DNA from: Gaiellaceae bacterium
GTDB lineage: Bacteria; Actinomycetota; Thermoleophilia; Gaiellales; Gaiellaceae
NCBI GenBank assembly: GCA_049644305.1
Contig: JBARRQ010000111.1
Coordinates: 4,712-68,711, forward strand
DNA length: 64,000 nt
Direction: 5' to 3'
Shown here: positions 1 through 15,543 of the stretch, one piece after another
Layout: every line of letters begins with the position of its first letter
Numbering within the stretch: position 1 is the stretch's first letter
Position numbers and translations under genes: made by a program
Notes under the pieces: generated by a model
Database searches by the model: none
What the model was told of the DNA's origin: nothing
The model's input: only the letters and a program-made list of their open reading frames with translations

Positions 1-1035
<1,035 letters not shown>

Positions 1036-1043
1036 CGTCGCCA

Positions 1044-1514
1044 TCACCAACGGTAGTGGGCGAAGGCCTTGTTGGCCTGCGCCATCCGGTAGAGGTCGTC
1101 CTTGCGCTTGAACGCGCCGCCCTGCTGGTTGAGCGCGTCGAGAATCTCGCCGGCGAGCTTCTCGTCCATGTGCTTCTCGCGCCGGTCGCGCGCGAACTGG
1201 ACGATCCAGCGCACCGCGAGCGTGCGCGCGCGGCGCTGAGGCACCTCAACGGGCACCTGGTAGTTCGCGCCGCCGACCCGGCGGGGGCGCACCTCGAGCA
1301 CCGGCGTCACCGTCTTGACCGCCTGCTCGAGCACCTCGACCGGCGGCTTGCCGGTCTGCTCGCCGATTCGGTCCAGGGCGCGGTAGACGATCGCCTCGGC
1401 GGTCGACTTCTTCCCGCGCGTCATCACCTTGTTGATCACCTGCGTCACGAGTCGCGAGCTGTGGACCGGATCCGGTTCCACGGTGCGAGGCTGAATCGTG
1501 GCTCGGCGAGGCAC
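1044..1514 (-). CDS. rpsG: 30S ribosomal protein S7
   Basis: The 156-aa ORF matches S7 along its full length (…[19 protein letters not shown]…). The GTG start overlaps the rpsL stop by 1 nt. Confidence 0.97.
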   Translation of the reverse strand: MPRRATIQPRTVEPDPVHSSRLVTQVINKVMTRGKKSTAEAIVYRALDRIGEQTGKPPVEVLEQAVKTVTPVLEVRPRRVGGANYQVPVEVPQRRARTLAVRWIVQFARDRREKHMDEKLAGEILDALNQQGGAFKRKDDLYRMAQANKAFAHYRW

Positions 1515-1885
1515 TACGAGCCTCTCTTCGCGCCGTACTTGGAGCGCCCCTGCCGCCGGTCGCCGACGCCGGCCGTGTCGAGCCCGCCGCGAATCACCTT
1601 GTAGCGATAGCCGGGCAGGTCCTTCACGCGGCCGCCGCGGATGAGGACGACCGAGTGCTCCTGGAGGTTGTGCCCCTCGCCCGGGATGTAGGCGCCGACC
1701 TCCATCCCGTTAGTCAGCCGTACACGCGCAACCTTTCGCAGCGCCGAGTTTGGCTTCTTCGGCGTCTGGGTCATCACACGGGTACAGACGCCCCGCTTTT
1801 GCGGCGCGCCGCGAAGGGCAGGGGTCTTCACCTTCGCCTTCGGGGCGACCCTGCCTTTTCGGACCAGCTGATTGACGGTCGGCAT
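1514..1885 (-). CDS. rpsL: 30S ribosomal protein S12
   Basis: [12 protein letters not shown]…[16 protein letters not shown]…, the canonical S12 sequence. The start was trimmed from the track ORF (1906) to the conserved MPTxNQL start. Confidence 0.96.
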   Translation of the reverse strand: MPTVNQLVRKGRVAPKAKVKTPALRGAPQKRGVCTRVMTQTPKKPNSALRKVARVRLTNGMEVGAYIPGEGHNLQEHSVVLIRGGRVKDLPGYRYKVIRGGLDTAGVGDRRQGRSKYGAKRGS

Positions 1886-1958
1886 GTACTCCCTCTGTCT
1901 GGGCACTTACACAACAAAGGCTGGCGGGGGGCTGGGGCCCCTGCCAACCGGTACGACG

Positions 1959-1987
1959 ATGGTACCGAAGGCAGGGCGCACCGTCAA
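1959..1987 (-). promoter_or_regulatory. Candidate sigma-A promoter of rpsL-rpsG-fusA (TTGACG-N17-TACCAT)
   Basis: The minus strand has -35 TTGACG (1987-1982) and -10 TACCAT (1964-1959) with a 17-nt spacer, about 75 nt upstream of the rpsL ATG. Confidence 0.35.
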
Positions 1988-2167
1988 ACGGGGAAATGCG
2001 CATGGCTCCGCGAGATCAAGCCGTTGCACTAGCCTTCTTCGTGCGTATCCGATCGAGTGACTTTACGGTTTTCAAAGCATAGCCTGCGGCACCGGACGGG
2101 ATTACAGTGAGAGCGCCCGGCGCTCGAGCGGCGGCTGCCGGACAAAGCGGAGGATGGGACGAGGGAG

Positions 2168-3415
2168 ATGACGGCGGCGGCGGTAACGACAACCACCATT
2201 CTGGTGGGCATTGGCGCAGCGCTCGCGACGCTCGCCCTGATATCGCTTGCACTATTCGTCCGCGCGCGGCGCCGGACGCGAGGAGGCGAGCAGCACATGC
2301 TCGCGCTTGTCTCCGAGATGAACTCGCGGATCGAGACCATGGTCCGGGAGCTCTCCGAGTCGCTTGAACGGGCACATGAGGAAGGCCGCCGGAACCGCTC
2401 CCTGGCCGAGCTCGCCGGCTCGATCGACCTCGACGAGGTCCTTTCGCGCACGCTCGAGGCGGGCGGCGCCCTGCCTGGCGTCGACGCCGCGCTCGTCTCG
2501 ATCGCAGACGGCGACGAGAAGCCGATCGTCGCCACACTCGGCCTCTCGGCCGACGAGGCGCACCGACAGGTCATCTCCGGGCCGCCTGACGGGCACGAGG
2601 CGCGGGCGATCTCGCTCGTCTACCAGTATCCGCCCTCACTCGAGGACAGCGCCGAGGTCGTGCACTCGGGCCTCGCCGTGCCGGTGCCGGGCGAGGTCGG
2701 CCCGATGGGATTCCTGAGCGTCTACAGCCGCTCGCACGCTCACCACTTCTCGGAGGAGGAGATCAGGGAGCTCGAGGAGCTCGCCGAGCGGGCGGGCCCT
2801 GCGATCGAGAACGCCCGCCGGTTCCGGGAGGCGCGCCAGCTCGCCGACCTCGACGCGCTCACCGGCCTCCACAACCGCCGTTACTTCCACGAGACCCTGG
2901 CGCGCGAAGTCTCGCGAGCGCATCGATACGGGCGGCAGCTCGCGCTGATCGTCTTCGACCTCGACGACTTCAAGGCCATCAACGATCGCATCGGCCACCT
3001 CGCCGGCGATGCCGTCCTCGCTGAGACGGCCGAGCGCGTGCGCGACGTCGTCCGCTCTGCGGACATCGCCTGCCGCGTCGGCGGGGACGAGTTCGCGGTC
3101 ATCCTGCCGGAGTCCTCGACCGCCGACGCGGACCAGCTCTACCACCGCCTGCTCGGCGCCGTCTCGTCCCGGCCCGTCGGCCAGGCGGGCCGCCTTTTCG
3201 TCTCCGCCGGGATCGCCTCGCTGCGTGAGGACGACGATCCGACTGCTTTCTTCGAGCGGACCGACGAGGCGCTCTACCGGGCGAAGGAGCGCGGCAAAGG
3301 CCAGGTCGTCTCCGCCGGCGAGGCGGCCGGGCCATCGGTCGAGCCCCTCCCCGACACGCCCCGGCTGCACGAGCCGCCGCAGGAGGACGACCACCCCGTC
3401 TCCGGCGCGCAGTAA
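2168..3415 (+). CDS. Membrane-anchored diguanylate cyclase (TM helix, GAF-like region, GGDEF domain)
   Basis: N-terminal hydrophobic helix. The GGDEF domain shows …LTGLHNRRYF…DLDDFKAINDRIGHLAGD…RVGGDEFAV. An RSAD (RxxD) I-site sits 5 residues upstream of GGDEF. A GGGAG RBS precedes the ATG. Confidence 0.9.
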   Translation: MTAAAVTTTTILVGIGAALATLALISLALFVRARRRTRGGEQHMLALVSEMNSRIETMVRELSESLERAHEEGRRNRSLAELAGSIDLDEVLSRTLEAGGALPGVDAALVSIADGDEKPIVATLGLSADEAHRQVISGPPDGHEARAISLVYQYPPSLEDSAEVVHSGLAVPVPGEVGPMGFLSVYSRSHAHHFSEEEIRELEELAERAGPAIENARRFREARQLADLDALTGLHNRRYFHETLAREVSRAHRYGRQLALIVFDLDDFKAINDRIGHLAGDAVLAETAERVRDVVRSADIACRVGGDEFAVILPESSTADADQLYHRLLGAVSSRPVGQAGRLFVSAGIASLREDDDPTAFFERTDEALYRAKERGKGQVVSAGEAAGPSVEPLPDTPRLHEPPQEDDHPVSGAQ

Positions 3416-3418
3416 GCG

Positions 3419-5191
3419 CTATGCCAGGGCGAGGAACGGCAGGTAGTCGGTGAGTGGGACGACGCCCGGTGTGGGCTGCTCATCCCTGCGGCAGAGAGCC
3501 ACTTCCGAGTAGGACTGCTCGCGCGCGAGCAGCCAGGCCTCGTAGGCCTGGTCACGGGCGAGCGACTTGAGGGCGGTCACCACGGCCGGGCGCGCCAGCT
3601 CGAAGGGGATCGCCCCCAGGGGGAGGGTCGGGTCCAGAGCGCGTAGGCGAATAGGGCCGAGCATCGTCCGAATCGTCACCCAACGCCCGTCCGGCGCCGA
3701 GAAGAGCTGGGGAGGCGCGCTCGACTGGAGCGCAAAACCGCGCTTGCGGCCGCCGAGCCACGGCGCCGGCGCCTTCGTCTCGACGAGGCGGGCATTCGTC
3801 TCTCCGTAGTTCTCGTAGTACGCCTGCACGTCGGCGGCCGACGGGCTCGCAACGCTCATCCGCTGCTCGATCAATGAGCGGCGCAACTCGTCTTCGATCA
3901 CGCCCCGGGCGGCGCGTTTGCTCGCGTGCGCACGGGCAAGGGCAGCTCCATAGGCGGCCTGCCCCCCGAGACGCGAGATCACGGCTGTTTCCGCTGCGAC
4001 GATCTCCTTCGGTTTCAGGGGCGCGTACAGGCTCGCGACCACCCGCCCGAAGACCGCGGAGAAGGCGACATCCGCGTCGCCGGTGACCGGTGTGAGATCG
4101 CGGATAGCGCTCGTCGTGACGGGGTTGCCGGAGACGGTGCAGCGCGTTCCGGGGGGAAGCACGATTTGCCCCTCGGTGCGCGAGGCGTTGAAGCTCGGGC
4201 CGGCGGCTCTCGGCCCATTGCAGAGCGTCGGGTCGCGGGCCCAGAGGTAGACGCACGCGGCAATTGGCTTGTCCGGGTCGTCCTCGGCGACGCTCCAGAC
4301 GCCCCAGCCCCACGACCACACGGAACGCAGGTTGAGCTCGGCCGCGACCTGTTTCGCAGCGAGGGTCTGGAGCTTCGTCACCTCGAGCCAGGCGGGAAGC
4401 GGCGCGTGCTCGCGTCCCCCGGAGCCGGGAGTCGTATGGAAGCCGAGCATGAGCCCGAGCTTCCGCGTCGGGATCCCGACTGCGGTGAACGTCTGCACGT
4501 AACGCCTGAACATCCCGCGCAGCGTGCGGCTGCCTTCGACCGGTCCCAACTTGGCGAGTTGCGGAGCCGAGAAGTAGGCCTCGCGCACGATGTCTGCGTA
4601 GCCGGCGGCCTGCCGCCACCAGTCCGCCGCCTCCGCGCCCATGTAGGGCTGGCTGGGCACGAAGAGGACTGGATGCGCCCCCCGCGCGGCGAGCGTCTGC
4701 AGGTAGATGAGCACGTTGCGCCGGTACTGCGCGTTCGTCGCGCTCCAAGGAGTGATCAGGCTGGCGCCGTTCATCTCGTTCTCGCCGATGATCGGGTGAG
4801 CGCAGCCCATCGACATTGCCGCGGTGTCGTACATCCGGTTCGCCCGGTCGACCACGAGAGCCGGATCGAAGGGCTCGAGCGGCGTGCCCACGCGCCGCAC
4901 GAACTTCATGTCCCAGTAGACCGTCTTCGCGCCGTAGCTCCGCAGGAGCTCCGGGAAGATGAAGTTCGAGGCAGCCGCGATCACTCCGGGCCGCGCAAAC
5001 GTCTGCCAGAACGGGACCGAGCCGTCGGCGAAGTCGACCCAGAGCGTTCCCCGGCTCGGAATCCCGCAGGTGTCGGCCGCGGCGGCGCGATGCGGCGCGA
5101 CTCCCAGGGCCGCAGACGCGGCCAGCGCGATGAACAGCAGCCTCTTCACCCGACCCTGCCTCACGGTAGCAGCGGGGAAGGCGCGCAACAC
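3419..5191 (-). CDS. Secreted hypothetical protein, 590 aa (signal peptide; function unknown)
   Basis: Coding-like composition throughout. The N-terminus is …VKRLLFIALAASAALGVAPHRAAAA/DTC, and an alternative GTG start at 5149 is possible. The N-terminal half has a GENEMN motif and a TIM-barrel-like pattern. The C-terminal ~200 aa resembles SurA/PrsA N-terminal helical chaperone regions (by eye only). Confidence 0.75.
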   Translation of the reverse strand: MLRAFPAATVRQGRVKRLLFIALAASAALGVAPHRAAAADTCGIPSRGTLWVDFADGSVPFWQTFARPGVIAAASNFIFPELLRSYGAKTVYWDMKFVRRVGTPLEPFDPALVVDRANRMYDTAAMSMGCAHPIIGENEMNGASLITPWSATNAQYRRNVLIYLQTLAARGAHPVLFVPSQPYMGAEAADWWRQAAGYADIVREAYFSAPQLAKLGPVEGSRTLRGMFRRYVQTFTAVGIPTRKLGLMLGFHTTPGSGGREHAPLPAWLEVTKLQTLAAKQVAAELNLRSVWSWGWGVWSVAEDDPDKPIAACVYLWARDPTLCNGPRAAGPSFNASRTEGQIVLPPGTRCTVSGNPVTTSAIRDLTPVTGDADVAFSAVFGRVVASLYAPLKPKEIVAAETAVISRLGGQAAYGAALARAHASKRAARGVIEDELRRSLIEQRMSVASPSAADVQAYYENYGETNARLVETKAPAPWLGGRKRGFALQSSAPPQLFSAPDGRWVTIRTMLGPIRLRALDPTLPLGAIPFELARPAVVTALKSLARDQAYEAWLLAREQSYSEVALCRRDEQPTPGVVPLTDYLPFLALA

Positions 5192-5207
5192 CTTCCCCGC
5201 GTGAGTG

Positions 5208-9782
<4,575 letters not shown>

Positions 9783-9791
9783 AGCTCTCCT

Positions 9792-12700
9792 TTATTCCTC
9801 TGCTTCTACGTCGGCCAACTCGTCGGCCAACGGCCCTGCTTGGGCCTCGGCCTCTTCCTTGGCCTCCTCCTCGGGGGCCACCTCGACGTCGGAGAGGTCG
9901 CCCAGGGTCTCGTCGGCCGGCAACGTGAGCTCCTGGCCGGTCTCGTCGACCCGCTCCTGGCCCTCCTCGGCCTCTTCCGCGGTCGGCTGCCGCGCAGCCG
10001 CCCGAAGCGAGCCCGGGGAAAGATCGATGCCGAGCTCCTCGGCGGCGCGTAGCAGCTCGTCGTCCTCCTCGCGGACCTCGACCTTCTCGCCCTCGTCTGA
10101 GAGGACGTTCACGTCGAGCGCGAGCGACTGCATCTCCTTCAGCAGCACCTTGAACGACTCGGGGATCGACGGCTCCGCGATGTTCTCGCCCTTGACGATC
10201 GCCTCGTACGCCTTGACGCGGCCGACCGTGTCGTCGGACTTGATCGTGAGCATCTCCTGGAGGGTGTACGCCGCGCCGTAGGCCTCGAGCGCCCAGACCT
10301 CCATCTCGCCGAACCGCTGACCGCCGAACTGCGCCTTCCCGCCGAGCGGCTGTTGGGTCACCAGCGAGTACGGGCCGGTCGAGCGCGCGTGGATCTTGTC
10401 GTCTACGAGGTGGAGCAGCTTCAGGATGTACATGAAGCCGACCGTAATCTTCTGCTCGAAGGCGTCGCCGGTTCGGCCGTCGAAGAGCCGCACCTTGCCG
10501 GAGCAGCGCCGGCCCGCAGGCCGCTTCGGATCCACCACGAAGGTGATCGGTGAGCCGGAGTTCTGCTTCGTCCACGCGATCAGCGCCTCGTCGACATCCG
10601 TCTCGGTCGCACCGTCGAACACCGGTGTCGCGATCGGTGTCGGCTCGCCGTTGGCGGAGCCGCCGTTCTCGTGGAAGACGCCGTGCGCCGCGGCCCAGCC
10701 CAGATGGGTCTCGAGGATCTGGCCGATGTTCATCCGGCTCGGCACGCCGAGCGGATTGAGCACGACGTCGACGGGCCTACCGTCCTCGAGGAACGGCATG
10801 TCCTCTTCGGGCACGATCTTGGCGATCACGCCCTTGTTGCCGTGCCGGCCGGCGAGCTTGTCGCCCTCCGCGATCTTGCGCTTCTTCGCGACGTAGACGC
10901 GAACAAGCTCGTTGACGCCCGGCGAGAGATCGTCGCCCGCATCGCGGGAGAACGTCTTGACGTCGATCACCTTGCCGCCCTCGCCGTGCGGGACCTTTAG
11001 CGAGGTGTCGCGGACCTCGCGCGCCTTCTCCTTGAAGATCGCGCGGATCAGCTTCTCCTCGGCCGTCAGCTCGGTTTCGCCCTTCGGCGTGACCTTGCCG
11101 ACGAGCAGGTCGCCGGAGCCGACCTCGGCGCCGATGCGAACGATCCCGCGCTCGTCGAGGTCCTTGAGCGACTCCTCGGAACGGTTGGGGATGTCCCGCG
11201 TGATCTCCTCGTCGCCGAGCTTGGTCGACCGTGCGTCGATTTCGTACTCGTGGATGTGAATCGAAGAGAGGACGTCCTCCTTCACGAGCCGCTCCGAGAT
11301 CACGATCGCGTCCTCGAAGTTGAAGCCCTCCCAGGGCATGAACGCAACGAGCATGTTCGCGCCGAGCGCAAGCTCGCCGAGATCGGTCGAGCTGCCGTCG
11401 GCGAGCACTTCCCCGGCCTTTACCCGGTCGCCGAGCCCGACGATCGGCTTCTGGTGGATCAGCGTGCCTTGGTTCGAGCGCATGAACTTCGTCAGCGGGT
11501 ACTCCTGCTTCCCGTCCTTCGTGTCGAGGACGATCCGCTCCGCGTCCACGTCGAGAACCGTTCCGGCCTCTTCGGCGAGAACGACGTCGCCCGTGTCGGT
11601 AGCGGCCCTGAATTCGAGACCGGTTCCGACGAGCGGCGCCTGGGTGATCATCAGGGGCACGGCCTGGCGCTGCATGTTCGCGCCCATCAGCGCGCGGTTC
11701 GCGTCGTTGTGCTCGAGGAACGGGATGAGCGCAGTCGCGACGGAGACGATCTGCGCGGGCGCCACGTCCATGAAGTCGACGTCCTTCGGGCGCGCCGTAA
11801 CAGCCTCGCCTTCCTGCGACCGGCAGAGCACCTGTTCGTCGAGGAACCGCCCCGTCTTCTCGTCCACGGGAGCGCTTGCCTGGGCGATCGTGTACTGAGC
11901 CTCCTCGGCGGCGTCCAGGTAGACGATCTCGTCGCTCACCTTCCCGTTCGTCACCTTCCGGTACGGCGTCTGCACGAAGCCGAACTCGGAGACGGTGGCG
12001 AACGATGCCAGCGACCCGATCAGGCCGATGTTGGGGCCTTCGGGTGTCTCGATCGGGCACATGCGGCCGTAGTGCGTCGGGTGAACGTCGCGCACCTCGA
12101 TCGGCGCGCGCTCGCGCGTGAGTCCCCCAGCGCCGAGCGCGGAGAGCCGGCGACGGTGAGTGAGCCCGGCCAGCGAGTTCGTCTGGTCCATGAACTGCGA
12201 CAGCTGCGAGGAGCCGAAGAACTCCTTCAGGGCAGCCACGACCGGCCGGATGTTGATGATCGTCTGCGGCGTGATCGTGTCCACGTCCTCCGTCGTCATC
12301 CGCTCGCGGACGACGCGCTCCATGCGGTAGAGCCCGACCCGGAATGCCTCCTGGATCAGCTCGCCGACGGTGCGCAGGCGCCGGTTGCCGAAGTGCTCGT
12401 ACTCGTCGAGCTCGCCCCGGATGGGGTCGCGCGAGAGCACGATCGCGTCGGCGGCGTAGTCCTTCGAATCAGGGTCGACCCCGAGCTTGTCGGGCAGCTC
12501 GACGAGCTTCTGGACGAGGGCGATGATGTCCTGCGTCGTCAGCACTCGGACGCCGTCGGGCACGTCGACCTTGAGACGCTGGTTCAGCTTGTACCGGCCG
12601 ACCTTCGTCAGGTCGTAGCGCTTCGGGTCGAAGAAGAGGGCCCGCAGCAGGTTGCGTGCGTTGTCCAGCGTCGGTGGCTCGCCGGGACGCTGCTTCTTGA

Positions 12701-13430
12701 ACACCTCGATCAAGGCCTCGTCCTCGTTGGTCGACGGATCCTTCTCGAGCGTGTTCGCGATGTAGAGCGAGTTCCCGAACAGCTTCATGATCGCCTCGTT
12801 GGAGCTCGTGTCGAGCGGCGCGCCGGTCGAGGGGTCCTCTTCGGGCAGGGCACGGAGCAGCGTCGTGATCGGGAGCTTGCGCTTGCGGTCGATGCGGGCG
12901 TAGACCACGCCCTTCTTGTCGATCTCGAGCTCGAGCCACGATCCGCGAGACGGCATCAGGTTTGCCGTGAAGACTTGCTTGGTCGGGTCCTTCGGCTCCA
13001 TCAGATAGGCGCCCGGGCTCCGGACGAGCTGCGTGACGATCACGCGCTCGGTGCCGTTGATGATGAACGTGCCCCACTCGGTCATCATCGGGAAGTCGCC
13101 CATGAAGACCGTCTGCTCCCGAATCTCGCCCGTCTCCTTGTTGACGAAACGGACGGTCATCGACAGCGGCGCCTGGTAGGTCAGGTCCTTCTCACGGCAT
13201 TCCTGGATGGTGACCGGCGGGTCACCGAAGGTGTACTCGCCGAACTCCACCGCGAGCGTGCCGGTGTAGTCCTCGATCGGCGAGATGTCGTCGATCGTCT
13301 CGCGAAGACCCTCTTCCAGGAACCAGTGGAAGGAGGCCTTCTGGATGTCGATCAGATTGGGAAGGTCGAGGACGTGCTTCAGGCGTGAGAAGCTCTTGCG
13401 CGCGCGTGGCGCAGCGACCCTGCTGGTCAA
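9792..13430 (-). CDS. rpoB: DNA-directed RNA polymerase subunit beta (1212 aa)
   Basis: Full-length beta similarity (…[17 protein letters not shown]…, …GRHGNKGVI…). TTG start with a GGGAGG RBS. A ~75-aa acidic C-terminal extension is present. Confidence 0.98.
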   Translation of the reverse strand: MTSRVAAPRARKSFSRLKHVLDLPNLIDIQKASFHWFLEEGLRETIDDISPIEDYTGTLAVEFGEYTFGDPPVTIQECREKDLTYQAPLSMTVRFVNKETGEIREQTVFMGDFPMMTEWGTFIINGTERVIVTQLVRSPGAYLMEPKDPTKQVFTANLMPSRGSWLELEIDKKGVVYARIDRKRKLPITTLLRALPEEDPSTGAPLDTSSNEAIMKLFGNSLYIANTLEKDPSTNEDEALIEVFKKQRPGEPPTLDNARNLLRALFFDPKRYDLTKVGRYKLNQRLKVDVPDGVRVLTTQDIIALVQKLVELPDKLGVDPDSKDYAADAIVLSRDPIRGELDEYEHFGNRRLRTVGELIQEAFRVGLYRMERVVRERMTTEDVDTITPQTIINIRPVVAALKEFFGSSQLSQFMDQTNSLAGLTHRRRLSALGAGGLTRERAPIEVRDVHPTHYGRMCPIETPEGPNIGLIGSLASFATVSEFGFVQTPYRKVTNGKVSDEIVYLDAAEEAQYTIAQASAPVDEKTGRFLDEQVLCRSQEGEAVTARPKDVDFMDVAPAQIVSVATALIPFLEHNDANRALMGANMQRQAVPLMITQAPLVGTGLEFRAATDTGDVVLAEEAGTVLDVDAERIVLDTKDGKQEYPLTKFMRSNQGTLIHQKPIVGLGDRVKAGEVLADGSSTDLGELALGANMLVAFMPWEGFNFEDAIVISERLVKEDVLSSIHIHEYEIDARSTKLGDEEITRDIPNRSEESLKDLDERGIVRIGAEVGSGDLLVGKVTPKGETELTAEEKLIRAIFKEKAREVRDTSLKVPHGEGGKVIDVKTFSRDAGDDLSPGVNELVRVYVAKKRKIAEGDKLAGRHGNKGVIAKIVPEEDMPFLEDGRPVDVVLNPLGVPSRMNIGQILETHLGWAAAHGVFHENGGSANGEPTPIATPVFDGATETDVDEALIAWTKQNSGSPITFVVDPKRPAGRRCSGKVRLFDGRTGDAFEQKITVGFMYILKLLHLVDDKIHARSTGPYSLVTQQPLGGKAQFGGQRFGEMEVWALEAYGAAYTLQEMLTIKSDDTVGRVKAYEAIVKGENIAEPSIPESFKVLLKEMQSLALDVNVLSDEGEKVEVREEDDELLRAAEELGIDLSPGSLRAAARQPTAEEAEEGQERVDETGQELTLPADETLGDLSDVEVAPEEEAKEEAEAQAGPLADELADVEAEE

Positions 13431-13505
13431 GACTGGGTGCCTCCCTTAACGGCTATGAGGTGAACGTAAAAATGCGGACAGGCGAACGTGGGCGCGGAAC
13501 CGCCA

Positions 13506-13535
13506 AATATAGCGAATGGGGAGGTCCTCGCGCAA
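13506..13535 (-). promoter_or_regulatory. Candidate sigma-A promoter for rpoBC (TTGCGC-N18-TATATT)
   Basis: The minus strand has -35 TTGCGC (13535-13530) and -10 TATATT (13511-13506). The site lies downstream of a terminator and ~75 nt upstream of the rpoB start, in a locally AT-richer stretch. Confidence 0.4.
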
Positions 13536-13617
13536 GCGCAGACGGCTGGATCGCCACCCGGGCGGCTTGGACTATAGACGCTGGCCTCTCGGGGCGCCAC
13601 CACACGGCTTGAACTGG

Positions 13618-13653
13618 CGCAAAACAGCGGAGGCGCCCGTCGAGGGCGCCTCC
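13618..13653 (-). terminator. Rho-independent terminator after the small secreted-protein gene
   Basis: Perfect 10-bp GC stem GGAGGCGCCC/GGGCGCCTCC (13629-13653) with a 5-nt loop, followed on the minus strand by GCTGTTTTG. Confidence 0.65.
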
Positions 13654-13679
13654 GTGTCCCGCTTCTGCCGAGAGCTTGG

Positions 13680-14108
13680 CTACGCAGACTTCGCCGGATG
13701 CGCGGCGATCATGCGCGCGGTGAGGTTCGGAGTCGCGCCGTTCGCCAGGTCGGCCTTGCACGCCTTGGCGAGCACGAGCAGCCGGTCGCCAGGGGCGAGC
13801 GCGCCGAGATTGTGCGCGCCCTGGCGGCGAATCTTCGTCTTCGGGTCAACGGCGATCGTCGCCGAGCCGGCCTTTTCGTACGCCCGACCAAACCGGTTCG
13901 AGTGCTTGACGAGCATCACGAAGGACGTGTCGCCGTCGGCCGGGTCGACGTTCGGCCCGAGCGTTCCCTTGAGCATGACCGTGACAGCGGGGCGGCAATG
14001 GGCACCGGTCGTCGCCGGCTTTCCTTTGCCCGGATGGTCCTTCGCCACGGCCCCGGAGACGGCGACCAGCGACGAGACCAGAGCAACGATCAGGAGCTTG
14101 AACCGCAT
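13680..14108 (-). CDS. Small secreted hypothetical protein (~142 aa)
   Basis: MRFKLLIVALVSSLVAVSGAVA signal peptide (start trimmed from 14144), followed by a beta-rich body. The gene is flanked by terminators on both sides, between rplL and rpoB. Confidence 0.7.
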   Translation of the reverse strand: MRFKLLIVALVSSLVAVSGAVAKDHPGKGKPATTGAHCRPAVTVMLKGTLGPNVDPADGDTSFVMLVKHSNRFGRAYEKAGSATIAVDPKTKIRRQGAHNLGALAPGDRLLVLAKACKADLANGATPNLTARMIAAHPAKSA

Positions 14109-14224
14109 CTGAGAAACCTCCGTTGGGTAAGGGGGTACACCCATCTGACGAGGTTCTCGACCGGCACCTGCGCCGTGCCCAGGGGAAATCCCTGGAAGTA
14201 GTGAGGAACGCTTACGCCGGCCTC

Positions 14225-14265
14225 ACAAATCAGCCCCGAAGGGGCCGCGGCTGCGGCCCCTTCGG
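14225..14265 (-). terminator. Terminator hairpin after rplL
   Basis: 13-bp stem CCGAAGGGGCCGC/GCGGCCCCTTCGG (14236-14265) with a 4-nt loop, starting 10 nt after the rplL stop. The downstream T-tract is weak (GATTTGTG). Confidence 0.55.
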
Positions 14266-14274
14266 CGAAGAGCG

Positions 14275-14667
14275 CTACTTCAGCTCGACCTCGGCGCCTG
14301 CCTCCTCGAGCTGCGCCTTGATCTGGTCAGCTTCCTCCTTGGGCAGGCCCTCCTTGACCGGGTTGGGGGCGCCGTCCACGAGGTCCTTCGCCTCTTTCAG
14401 GCCCAGGCCGGTGACCGCGCGGACGACCTTGATCGCCTGGATCTTCTTGTCGCCGGCGTTCGTCAGGACGACGTCGAATGTGCTCTTCTCCTCCGCGGCG
14501 CCGTTGCCGTCGCCGGCCGCGGGCCCGGCGCCCGGGGCGGCTACCGCGACAGGCGCTGCCGCGCTGACCCCCCACTCCTCCTCGAGCTTGTTCTTGAGCT
14601 CGACGAGGTCGAGGACGGTCATGCTGCCCAGCTGCTCGACGAGCTTCTCGGTATCTCCCTTAGCCAC
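14275..14667 (-). CDS. rplL: 50S ribosomal protein L7/L12
   Basis: 130 aa with an Ala/Pro/Gly hinge and a C-terminal domain …[22 protein letters not shown]…AGAEVELK. Confidence 0.97.
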   Translation of the reverse strand: MAKGDTEKLVEQLGSMTVLDLVELKNKLEEEWGVSAAAPVAVAAPGAGPAAGDGNGAAEEKSTFDVVLTNAGDKKIQAIKVVRAVTGLGLKEAKDLVDGAPNPVKEGLPKEEADQIKAQLEEAGAEVELK

Positions 14668-14703
14668 TCTGTTCCTCCTTTGACGAAATCCCGACTCGGT
14701 TGC

Positions 14704-15417
14704 TCACGACTCCGATTCCTCCGCCTGGTCCGGCGGCGGCGCTTGGTGCTCCTCCGCCGACTCATCGACCTTTGCCTCGGCCTCCGGCTCCTCGCTACCT
14801 TCGGCTCGAGACTCCTCTTCGGGGGCTTCCGCTTGCCCCTCGTCGGCCGGCGCTTCGGCCGGCGCCTCTTCTTGCTCCTCAACGGCCGTGCCCTGCTCTT
14901 CGAGCTGCCGGATGCGCGCGTCGATCACTGCGACGAGCTCACGCAGCGGCGCTGCGAAGAGCCCCACGACAGTCGTCAGCGGCCCGACCACTGCGCCCAC
15001 GAGCTGAGCGCGCAGCACATCGGCAGGCGGCAGCGTCGCGAGGCGCTTGATCTCGGCGTCTCCCACCAAAGACCCCTCGAAGAGGCCACCGCGAACCACG
15101 AGGACGTCGTGTGCGCGAGCCGTCTCGCTCAACACCTTCGCGACGGCGACCGGATCGGCATCCGCCTCGAGAAAGGCGATCGCGGTTGGGCCGTCGATCA
15201 GCTCGAGCACCTCGGTCGTGCCGGCCGCCTCGGCGGCGAGCTTGGTCAGCGTGTTCTTGACGACCGTGAAGCGAGCGCCGGCCTCTAGCAGGCGCGTCCG
15301 GAGCTCCTCGATCTCAGGCATCGAAAGGCCCCGGTAGTCGGCGACCATGAGCGTCTGCGCCGAGCGCAGCCGCTCGGCCAACTCCGCCACGACTCGTTCC
15401 TTCTCAGATCTCAGCAT
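14704..15417 (-). CDS. rplJ: 50S ribosomal protein L10 with a ~65-aa acidic C-terminal extension
   Basis: An L10 core (…MVADYRGLSMPEIEELR…) is followed by a Glu/Ala/Pro-rich tail from about aa 172 (14704-14904). Confidence 0.95.
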   Translation of the reverse strand: MLRSEKERVVAELAERLRSAQTLMVADYRGLSMPEIEELRTRLLEAGARFTVVKNTLTKLAAEAAGTTEVLELIDGPTAIAFLEADADPVAVAKVLSETARAHDVLVVRGGLFEGSLVGDAEIKRLATLPPADVLRAQLVGAVVGPLTTVVGLFAAPLRELVAVIDARIRQLEEQGTAVEEQEEAPAEAPADEGQAEAPEEESRAEGSEEPEAEAKVDESAEEHQAPPPDQAEESES

Positions 15418-15543
15418 CGAATCACCTCCTCACACGACTCGAGCCCGCACAGCGGCGGGCTCGGAGGTGAGATGCACTCCCAGACCGCCTCGGCTGGACG
15501 TCTGCTTGCGCTGCCAGCTGTCTTTGGCGCCGGACTCGTTCGT
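15418..15543 (-). promoter_or_regulatory. Putative L10(L12) autoregulatory leader / rplJL 5' UTR
   Basis: A 126-nt spacer between rplA and rplJ contains the stem GAGCCCGC…GCGGGCTC just upstream of a GAGGAGG RBS. Position matches known rplJ leaders; the structure was not modelled. Confidence 0.3.
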
